NCBI GenBank assembly: GCA_964234715.1
Contig: OZ174284.1
Strand: one strand, 5' to 3'
DNA length: 64,000 nt
DNA from: Podarcis melisellensis
Lineage: Eukaryota
The notes under the pieces: model-generated
What the model was told of the DNA's origin: nothing
What the model saw: the letters and a program-made list of their open reading frames with translations, nothing else
Database searches by the model: none
Shown: piece after piece, positions 11,915 to 21,310 of the stretch
Layout of the letters: each line of letters opens with the position of its first letter
Numbering within the stretch: the stretch's first letter is position 1
Program-made: the position numbers and the translations under genes

Positions 11915-13050
11915 TGGTGCTTTCGGCTTCTTGTTACTGGAACAGAGCAGGATCTCAGTGTTTGAGTTCCTATAAATACTGTTGAGGGGGTGTGGTGTAT
12001 AGCCTCCAATGTTCTGGGCAGAGAGGAAGTTCCCAGGCTAGTGTGCCTTTTCTTCTTTTGTTCCTTAATTACTTGAGGGATATCTTGAGTGATTTCTTGA
12101 GTGATATCCTGAGTACCACTTAGGTGGGTCATTAGGTGTGGATTAGTTGCTAAAGTCTTTGTGTCTTGACCTCTTGAATTTTGTGAAGAGTTTTTCTGAG
12201 AAGATGGCTGTACTGCACTTAGTTGTGCTCTGGCTTGGCTTCGTGTATAGGGGCGAGCTGTGGTTTTGTGGCCTGTGTCAGCCAGATCTGTGTAGGGATT
12301 GCAGGGGGGTGCAGCATCCGGAGGTGCCACCATGGTTTGGCTACTGGATGGTGTCTGTAATTTATCTGTGGAGAGGGTCTGGGTTTGGGTCTGGTGTGGT
12401 TGATTGGTGATGGCGTTCTGTGTGCCTCTGGATCTGGTGTCAGTTTTTGTGGGGAGGGCTAATTTCCAGATGTCTGGCAAGCGGGATGTGTCGTCACGCT
12501 TGTTCATGTTGTGAGGGTGTTTCTCTATCTCGATGGCTTCCATGATTATTCTCTTGTGGTGATGTTCCATGTTAAAGAGCAATTTGGAATCTGCAAAATT
12601 AATTTCGTGTCCTGTTTCTTTCATGTGTTGGAAAAGAGAGGAAGTTTTTTCTTCTTTTTTGACGGCATTCTTGTGTTCTGCGATACGTGCATTTATTCGT
12701 CTGTTTGTTTGTCCAATGTACGTGGCTGGGCAGACTTTGCAGGGTATTTCATAGACCCCTTGGTTTTCCAACTGGATTTTATCCTTGGGGTTTCTGAGGA
12801 TATTGGCTATTTTTTGGTTGGTGCAAAAGGCTGTTTTGATATTGTGTTTATGGAGGATTTTGCTAATTTTATCTGTAGTGCCCTTGATATAAGGAAGGAG
12901 GGCCATGCCATTGTTTTCTTCTGTGTCTTGGTTTTTGGGGGGTGTTTCTTTTTGGATTAGCTTCGTAACCCTGTTTTGCTGGTATCCATTGGCAATTAAC
13001 ACATTTGAGAGATTCTGTAACTCAGTTGTCAAGTGGTCTTTGTCAGCCAG
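11896..13050 (-). CDS. PLE ORF C-terminal fragment: RT C-terminal region, GIY-YIG endonuclease and low-complexity tail (5'-truncated, no RT core)
   Basis: LIANGY, LPYIKGTTDKISKIL, GVYEIPCKVCPATYIGQTNRRINARIAEH and EAIEI..H..NMNKRD are Penelope/Poseidon hallmarks. There is no Cys-rich linker before the endonuclease, which argues against the Neptune type. Confidence 0.88.
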   Translation of the reverse strand: MADKDHLTTELQNLSNVLIANGYQQNRVTKLIQKETPPKNQDTEENNGMALLPYIKGTTDKISKILHKHNIKTAFCTNQKIANILRNPKDKIQLENQGVYEIPCKVCPATYIGQTNRRINARIAEHKNAVKKEEKTSSLFQHMKETGHEINFADSKLLFNMEHHHKRIIMEAIEIEKHPHNMNKRDDTSRLPDIWKLALPTKTDTRSRGTQNAITNQPHQTQTQTLSTDKLQTPSSSQTMVAPPDAAPPCNPYTDLADTGHKTTARPYTRSQARAQLSAVQPSSQKNSSQNSRGQDTKTLATNPHLMTHLSGTQDITQEITQDIPQVIKEQKKKRHTSLGTSSLPRTLEAIHHTPSTVFIGTQTLRSCSVPVTRSRKHQPEDDE

Positions 13051-13526
13051 ACCCAAACCCAGACCCTCTCCACAGATAAATTACAGACACCATCCAGTAG
13101 CCAAACCATGGTGGCACCTCCGGATGCTGCACCCCCCTGCAATCCCTACACAGATCTGGCTGACACAGGCCACAAAACCACAGCTCGCCCCTATACACGA
13201 AGCCAAGCCAGAGCACAACTAAGTGCAGTACAGCCATCTTCTCAGAAAAACTCTTCACAAAGTTCAAGAGGTCAAGACACAAAGACTTTAGCAACTAATC
13301 CACACCTAATGACCCACCTAAGTGGTACTCAGGATATCACTCAAGAAATCACTCAAGATATCCCTCAAGTAATTAAGGAACAAAAGAAGAAAAGGCACAC
13401 TAGCCTGGGAACTTCCTCTCTGCCCAGAACATTGGAGGCTATACACCACACCCCCTCAACAGTATTTATAGGAACTCAAACACTGAGATCCTGCTCTGTT
13501 CCAGTAACAAGAAGCCGAAAGCACCA

Positions 13527-13564
13527 GCCTGAAGATGACGAGTGAGACCTCGTCGAAACGTCGC
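13527..13564 (+). ncRNA. Minimal hammerhead ribozyme motif in PLE pLTR (copy 2)
   Basis: CTGAAGA 13529-35, stem II 13537-42/13549-54, GAAAC 13555-59, GTC 13560-62. Confidence 0.75.
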
Positions 13565-13724
13565 CTAGACACCCCAACTTTTACACGGGAAGACACCCGA
13601 GGACACCAAAACCTGCATATATATATATATATATATATATTTGCTTTCGTAGATTTTCACGGGTACAGGAATGCAGGTTTTGGTGTCCTCGGGTGTCTTC
13701 CCGTGTAAAAGTTGGGGTGTCTAG

Positions 13725-13762
13725 GCGACGTTTCGACGAGGTCTCACTCGTCATCTTCAGGC
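13725..13762 (-). ncRNA. Minimal hammerhead ribozyme motif (copy 3)
   Basis: Identical to copy 1. Confidence 0.75.
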
Positions 13763-14043
13763 TGGTGCTTTCGGCTTCTTGTTACTGGAACAGAGCAGGA
13801 TCTCAGTGTTTGAGTTCCTATAAATACTGTTGAGGGGGTGTGGTGTATAGCCTCCAATGTTCTGGGCAGAGAGGAAGTTCCCAGGCTAGTGTGCCTTTTA
13901 TTCTTTTGTTCCTTAATTACTTGAGGGATATCTTGAGTGATTTCTTGAGTGATATCCTGAGTACCACTTAGGTGGGTCATTAGGTGTGGAACTCAAACAC
14001 TGAGATCCTGCTCTGTTCCAGTAACAAGAAGCCGAAAGCACCA

Positions 14044-14081
14044 GCCTGAAGATGACGAGTGAGACCTCGTCGAAACGTCGC
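14044..14081 (+). ncRNA. Minimal hammerhead ribozyme motif (copy 4)
   Basis: Identical to copy 2. Confidence 0.75.
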
Positions 14082-14133
14082 CTAGACACCCCAACTTTTA
14101 CACGGGAAGACACCCGAGGACACCAAAACCTGC

Positions 14134-14134
<1 letters not shown>

Positions 14135-14191
<57 letters not shown>
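14135..14191. repeat. (TA)n(TG)n compound microsatellite
   Basis: Read directly. Further (TA)n tracts lie at 11774-11794 and 13618-13640. Confidence 0.95.
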
Positions 14192-14193
<2 letters not shown>

Positions 14194-14430
14194 AACCAGG
14201 GTGAAAGAGCACTTTAATTCATTTTAATTGTGCAAACCTTCATTTCTGGTATGTGCTTGCTTGAATCACTCCTGCAAAATTCAGACAGTCTCAAGGTGCT
14301 CAAATATATGCCATCCACTGCTGGTGCATGAGAGATCAAAAGGAAATGCAGTAATGCAAGAATGTATTAAGTGCCTAAAATGATCTTATCCTCATAGCAC
14401 AGAATTATACAGATTGCATTTCATTTAAAC

Positions 14431-14566
14431 CAGGGTTTCCCAAACTTGGATCGCCAGCCAATTTTGGACTACAACTCCCATAATCCCCAACCAGTGGCTC
14501 TGCTACCTAGAGATGATGGAAGTTGTAGTCCAAAAACAGCTGGAGACCCAAATTTGGGAAAGCCTG
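14431..14566. mobile_element. Palindromic hAT-type MITE
   Basis: TIRs cagggtttcccaaa / tttgggaaagcctg, inner arms ttttggactacaact / agttgtagtccaaaa, 8-bp TSD atttaaac / atttaaat. Confidence 0.82.
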
Positions 14567-14830
14567 ATTTAAATCAATGGGATTAAATGTGTGATGGTCA
14601 ATACTATGCATACCTATCAGAAGTAAGTCTAACTGAGTTCAAATGGGCACCTGCACACTCAAAGGAACACAATCTTTCCATCCCTTTTATAGGCAGACTT
14701 GCACCGCTGAGCATACATCATATGGGCATCAGCATGTTTATATTACATGTATGGTGACTGGGAGAACATATACATGTTACATGGAGGAGGGTCCTCTGTT
14801 TATATTATAGATATCTATAAACAATAGATT

Positions 14831-15187
14831 AAAGGTAAAGGTAAAGGGACCCCTGATCATTAGGTCCAGTCGTAACCGACTCTGGGGTTGCGGTGCTCAT
14901 CTCGCTTTATTGGCTGAGGGAGCCGGCGTACAGCTTCCGGGTCATGTGGCCAGCATGACTAAGCTGCTTCTGGCGAACCAGAGCAGCACACGGAAATGCC
15001 GTTTACCTTCCCGCTGGAGCGGTAACTATTTATCTACTTGCACTTTGAGGTGCTTTCAAACTGCTAGGTTGGCAGGAGCAGGGACGGAGCAATGGGAGCT
15101 CACCCCGTCATGGGGATTCAAACCGCCGACCTTCTGATTAGCAAGTCCTAGGCTCTGTGGTTTAACCCACAGCGCCACCCGCATCCC
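14831..15187 (-). mobile_element. Sauria SINE, full length
   Basis: Complete head, body and tail. TSD taaacaatagatt at 14818-14830 and 15190-15202. Confidence 0.93.
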
Positions 15188-16589
15188 TGTAAACAATAGA
15201 TTAAGCAATAGATTAAGCATATGCAATCTACTCAAGGCTATAAAGCAGCCCAATTTGAATGTCCTGAAACAGAACCCACAAACTAACATGCGAAGAAAAA
15301 TAGTTAAGACCCTGAAATTTCAGGACAATACAATATTTAACAATACCTTTAAGCAATTTACATGAAACAGAATAGTTTGTGTCTCAGATAATTAATGTTC
15401 ACAATTGATAGATTAAAAATGGGAGCACACAAGTGTTAACCAATAGGGAAACATTTTCTTACTCATGGACAATCACTACTTGAGTAAACTATATAGAGGT
15501 ATATCAATTGTTAGTTGGTGATGGCTTTCTCTATGTGAACAAAGAACCTTTGCCCGCTGCATAATTTTGACCAAGCCACCTAAAATACACCGGAAAAAAG
15601 ATCAGTTACAGCTGAAATACAGAGAGCTGAAGAATTTTACAGATACCAGACATAAATCCAAATAGCATTCCATGTCCAATATCTGTTTCTTATTACTCTT
15701 GTAATTTCGTGACAGATTTTTATAGTTTTATCTTTCCAGACCTTTGTACTATCACAGACATCTGTTTTATATACCGAAGGAAACACCAAAATTGCTCTTA
15801 ATTTATTTATTTTATTGCACTTCAGATAAAGGCTATCATGGCCAGCTTGCTATTCCCTGACATTTCAGCCTAATGTATTGTCATGTTCTGCCCAGTCAAA
15901 TCAATCATACTCTTTCATTTGAAAAGGGCACTTCATCAAACTGCCTTTCCAGTAATCCAGTGTCAACAATATATCCATCCAGATCAGTGAGCTTGGTTTG
16001 AAAGTGTTCTTTAGATAGACACTTGCTGATAGTTTCTTTATCATGCTTATGTATGGATATACAGATTTGGAAGCTAGGAAAATCTTCTTACATCTTGGAT
16101 GGGGATCAGAGTGTGCTTATATTGCATAGTGAGCATGTGTTCAACTGCTACTTTATGGTCTGAAAAGCATCCAATGTTTTTAGCCTCCTACGCATATAAG
16201 TTAATAAGAGCTGGCAGACACACCCTAAAAATTGTGCATGACAGACTGCTGACCTCATGCTTAATTTATTTTCCCTACATTTTTATTGTAGTTTATTATA
16301 TATCCCAGTGAACCTCCTTTGTCTTTGCTCCCCTTTCTTCTTGCAACCGTCCAAGTTCAGTTTTGCTATTCTTCAGATCACAACATCAGGCAAAATGAGT
16401 TAGCCAAACATTTTGATGACTACTGGCATGACAATCATGTTGAGTGTTCTGTGAAGACTAGTAAATCAGTTACAGTAGGGGTGGTTTTTATAGCTTCCAT
16501 ATGGGTTGTTTAGGTATTTGCTCAAAAGTATCCAAGATTCTCTAGCAAGGCTGGATCTCTAGAACCCACTTTGTGCCATGCACTAGGAG

Positions 16590-17276
16590 CAGAAGGGATC
16601 TGGGAGTCTTGGTTGACCACAAACTTGACATGAGCCAACAGTGTGACGCGGCAGCTAAAAAAGCCAATGCAATTCTGGGCTGCATCAATAGGAGTATAGC
16701 ATCTAGATCAAGGGAAGTAATAGTGCCACTGTATTCTGCACTGGTCAGACCAAACCTGGAGTACTGTGTCCAGTTCTGGGCACCACAGTTCAAGAAGGAC
16801 ACTAACAAACTGGAACGTGTCCAGAGGAGGGCAACCAAAATGGTCAAAGGCCTGGAAATGATGCCTTATGAGGAACGGCTAAGGGAGCTGGGCATGTTTA
16901 GCCTGGAGAAGAGGAGGTTAAGGGGTGCTATGATAGCCATGTTCAAATATATAAAAGGATGTCACATAGAGGAGGGAGAAAGGTTGTTTTCTGCTGCTCC
17001 AGAGAAGCGGACACGGAGCAATGGATCCGAACTACAAGAAAGAAGATTCCACCTAAACATTAGGAAGAACTTCCTGACAGTAAGAGCTGTTCAACAGTGG
17101 AATTTGCTGCCAAGGAGTGTGGTGGAGTCTCCTTCTTTGGAGATCTTTAAGCAGAGGCTTGACAACCATATGTCAGGAGTGCTCTGATGGTGTTTCCTGC
17201 TTGGCAGGTGGTTGGACTTGATGGCCCTTGTGGTCTCTTCCAACTCTATGATTCTATGAGTCTATAATTCTATGAT
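16590..17276 (+). mobile_element. CR1 LINE, 5'-truncated 3' fragment
   Basis: ORF 16573-17187 contains [40 protein letters not shown] and [11 protein letters not shown]-like motifs. The 3' tail is (ATTCTATG)n-type. Confidence 0.95.
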
Positions 17277-19901
17277 CTCTTCAACCCAGACTAGCTGACC
17301 GTTAGTGGCTGGCTTTGGCTTTGGCTCATTGTGACTAACCTCACTGGCTTCTCAGCCAATCGATGTATGCTCCTGCAGTAGGAGCAACATTTGTTGGGGT
17401 GAGTTTTTTCTACAAAGAGTGTCCTGCATGGTTCCTTCTCTATACCCAGCTCTGCTTCTGCCTACAGGCTCAACAGCATGAGTTTGTGCATTCACTGAAT
17501 AACACCGCAGATTTTGTGAAAGTGTTTCAGCTGTTGCAGTCATGAATGAATGGATGATTTAATCCTTAGATCATGGCATTCGTAGATCAGAAGGGCCTGG
17601 GCTCACTGTCTTGCCTGAGCAGCACAATGGAACTGCCACTGGACAGATCTGCCATGCAGATTCCAGGACAGGTGCAAAAGAACAACAGCACCAAGGATCT
17701 GTGCTGGGCTTTAGTGTGAGGGACCTAGCTACCTTCACATGCAGTTCAAGAATCGTTTCAACAGATCACTCAATGTGCTCCAGGGACAGTGCTTGTCTTT
17801 AGGCAGTGTCACAATATCTATCCTGTACAATATCTGTGAGCAAATGCAAATCTATAGACAGTGCTTTACAACAGATATGACTGCCACCATCACTGGTTTG
17901 CTTCACATGCTAGTATAGCCAATGTTAAAGCAATATTTGTGTGAAGAGAGTTATCCCAACCTCAGCAGAGATAGTATATGAAAAAGGTCATCCAACCACT
18001 TGCTGGGCTCATTCTTCAGATCTCAGTTGGACGTTTTCCCCCAGAGACTTACCACTCGGCACCCTTGAGTGAAAAGGATTATATCTAATGTGAGGAATTG
18101 GGAAAGGTTCCATCTGTCTGATTTGATTTGGAGGACCAGCTTTATTTTCCTTCCCTGATTTCCTTACCTGATTTCCAGATGAAGCCTTAATCTTCCATTG
18201 CAGCCTTGCATGGTTTTATAAATGTAGTTGTTCATAGTTAGGAACATTGTCATACCAAGTGTTTGTGTGTGTGCACGCACGCACACACACACAGGTCTGA
18301 GGCATAACAGTGTAAAGGATTTGCCATGTCGTACAGTATTTATTTAACACATTTTTTAAAAAAAGGCAAAATAAATAAAAATAAAAGAAATGTAGTGAAA
18401 CTGATTTTAATTTGTTGAAGCATCTTTCTCCTCTAATTATACCTTGCATTTTCTTTCTGGAGAGCAAAGTGGCACAAGCAATACTCCAATTTGCTATTTA
18501 TAGGGCAAATTCTTAAGGTATTAGTTCCACAAGAGTGACTGAATTAGATTAGAGCAAGATTCAAGACAGATGTGGTGATAGTTGTCTATAGTATACATAA
18601 GAGGGGGAGGACAGGACTTTACCCCAGGTCCTATTAGTGTCATTGCTGCAACAAAGAGCATAAATTAGAGGTCTGCTTCAGACTATCAGATATCATGATA
18701 ATAGATCCATTGGCTTTATAGAGCTTTTGAATGCTGAATGGAAAGTGTACAGAGAGAGGGTTGGGTTTGTTTTTAATGGGTGAAATTTGTTTCTCTAATG
18801 TGTGGGCCTGTCGCAGGAACCAGACTGCCTGAACAAACAAAAAATAAAGCAAGGAAGGTCATTGGCATTTCCCTTTTACATACTAAATCTTTTGTAAAGG
18901 TGATGCCTTCCTTGATGCAACGTGCATAGCTCTAATAATAAATCTAATAGCAAATATCAAAGTTCCTCCATCCTTTACAGCCCTATGATCTGATAAGAAT
19001 GAAATGGAGTGAATAACCAAACATTGTTGCTTGTAGCTTTTTGTGGCTGCAGCATTAGGCCCTGGGCTGCGACAATAATGATCTGGGATCAACAGTAAGT
19101 TACATTTCAGAAGCAAATACAAGGCCAAGAATGAGTATAGAAGCAAGTTCCTGTTCCATATCCTATCGCCATCCAAAATGCATGAGATGGGGCTTTCTTG
19201 GTTGCAGCTCCCAGACTGCAGAAATCCCTCCCATGCATTGCTCATCTGCCCCTTCTTATTGAACTTCAGAGATCCTTTATTTCAGTAGTGGCTAGATATC
19301 ACGTTCTATGACTTTGCTGGTAGAGATTGCTGGCTATCCTATTGTTTTTGCTCCTCTATTTGTTGTGTGTGAGCCTATTGCGATTCATATTAAAAGCTCT
19401 GCCTAGCTTCTTCCATTTTACCACAAGTGATTTTCCATCGTATTAATATGTGCTGGGACTCTCCATTTGCAGTGAATGTTCATGTATAAATGAGGATTAA
19501 TTTGTTATGAGACTTCAGTGATTTGCTGGACTTTTTCATGAGGAAAATTGGTAGATCCAAATGCAATCTTGTCTCTATCAGAAGCTCTTTTAAAATAAAA
19601 ATTGTTATATAAATAACTTGGGGCGGGAAGAATTGCTCAGCAAACATACATTCAGCTAGTTATCTGGCATTTTGGTAACTTGTATCAGTTTCCAATTACA
19701 ATATTATTTTTTCCATTTCTGAAATCCAAGTTACCAACTTTCTGATCTGTTTATACTTTGCTATCAGTCCCAAATCAATATAATATATATTGATATAATC
19801 CTCGAGGAATGTTTATGTTCTCTTCTTTGGCTGATATGGACTGGAACAACCTGTGGCCTCCAAGAAGATAATGAAACATCTTCTTCTGGAATTGTTTAAG
19901 T

Positions 19902-20039
19902 TAGTCTTCCCCAACCTGGTGCCCTCCAGATGTTTTTGACTATAACTCCAATCAACCCCTTGCAGCAGGATCTTCTGAGTTAGAACTGATATGAGTTATG
20001 TTTTAAAACATCTGGGTGGCACTAACTCAGGAAAGACTG
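19902..20039. mobile_element. Degenerate palindromic hAT-type MITE
   Basis: agtcttcccc...gaaagactg termini and gtgccctccagatgtttt / aaaacatctgggtggcac arms. Confidence 0.6.
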
Positions 20040-21046
20040 GTTTACATTTTCTTTTTCCATAAGCTATATAAGCATCCTACTACTACTCAAAGTTTCAGTA
20101 ATTATACCTTCAAGCTGAACCACAGTGTGACTGACCTGGGTTTCAGTTAGTCACAAATCCTGCTTCAAATTAATTGCATTGCACTGTAAATACAAAAAAA
20201 GGAACAAAATTTTCTAGGTGGCAGGAAGTTAGTAAAGTTCAAACTATGATTGATTGGCAAGAAGAAGAAAGTTGGGGGAAATTGCTTTTTCAAAAGAAAA
20301 GGATTTTTCACAGATTTTCCAAATTGTTCCTAAGTGACAGACGGCTTCGCTTTAATATGCATAGTTTTGAATGCACCTGCCATCTGGTAAATTTTATTTT
20401 TGTCTTCAAACACAAGCACTCCTAGAAGATACACTGCATAGTTACCATAGAAGCTTGTGGTGGGATACAGTGAAAAGTCTCCAAAGAGCCACAAGTTGAT
20501 ATACAAAACTAAACATATCCCCTTTAAAAAATAGTTTTGTTGTTCAGAGGTGTATTTTTTTTTCAGTGAACTTCAAAATTGTTGTTATTGTTGCTTCAAG
20601 CACATACTTGTAAATCCAGAATCCAGAAAGTTGACTTGATGATTCCCACCAAAATCAAATTGTTGCCATAAGTAACAAGGAAAGCATTTGGAAGTGTAAA
20701 TTGGACCCTCCTATTTGAGGGTCCGCATTGTGCAGGGGTCTGGGGCACCCCACCACCCATGGGAAGGAGAGAGGGATGATCCTGAGCCTGCAGTGGCCCT
20801 GCAATCACGGCACCGACCTATTAGCCAATTAGAGAGTGGTGGCATGATCGTGGGGGCCTATAAAAGGTGGTGGCACGTTGTCAGGGCTTCTTCTGGCTTC
20901 GTGCCACCAAACACCCACCCACCCACCCACCCTAGTTTCAAGTGTCTGCTTTGGTTTTGCTCTGGACTCCGGTTGGTCACCTGTTTTGTGCTTGAAAACA
21001 TACTGGGAGCCAATGTAGGTCTTTCAAGACTGGTGTTATGTGGTCT

Positions 21047-21310
21047 CAGCGGCCACTCCCAGTCACCAGTCTAGCTGCCGCATTCTGGATTAGTTGTAGT
21101 TCCCGGGTCACCTTCAAAGGTAGATCGCATTGCAGTAATCCAAGTGAGAGATAACTAGAGCATGCACCACTCTGGTGAGACAGTCTGCAGGCAGGTAGGG
21201 TCCCAGCCTGTGTACCAGGTGGAGCTGGTAGACAGCTGCCCTGGACACAGAATTGACCTGTGCCTCCATGGACAGCTGTGAGTCCAAAATTACTCCCAGG
21301 CTGCACACCT
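21047..21310 (-). mobile_element. L2 LINE ORF2 fragment
   Basis: SLGVILDSQLSMEAQVNSVSRAAVYQL..VHALVISHLDYCNA and LQLIQNAAARLVTG. Confidence 0.88.

Larger units (their letters stand above)
11794..13618 (-). mobile_element. Penelope-like element (Poseidon-type), 5'-truncated, with inverted pseudo-LTR
   Basis: The minus arm 11794-~13050 encodes the post-RT region and a GIY-YIG endonuclease. The plus arm 13047-13618 is a near-identical inverted copy of 12394-11823. Flanked by (TA)n on both sides. Confidence 0.93.
13642..14135 (-). mobile_element. Second, shorter PLE insertion (pLTR only) with inverted arm
   Basis: The minus arm 13642-13990 equals 11794-12142 (one visible substitution). The plus arm 13988-14135 equals 13471-13618. 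Junction overlap gga. Flanked by (TA)n. Confidence 0.92.

Noticed and set aside
13033-13545. 170-aa plus-strand ORF as an independent gene
   Set aside because: It is the inverted pLTR copy of the PLE ORF tail, and its start is created by the inversion junction.
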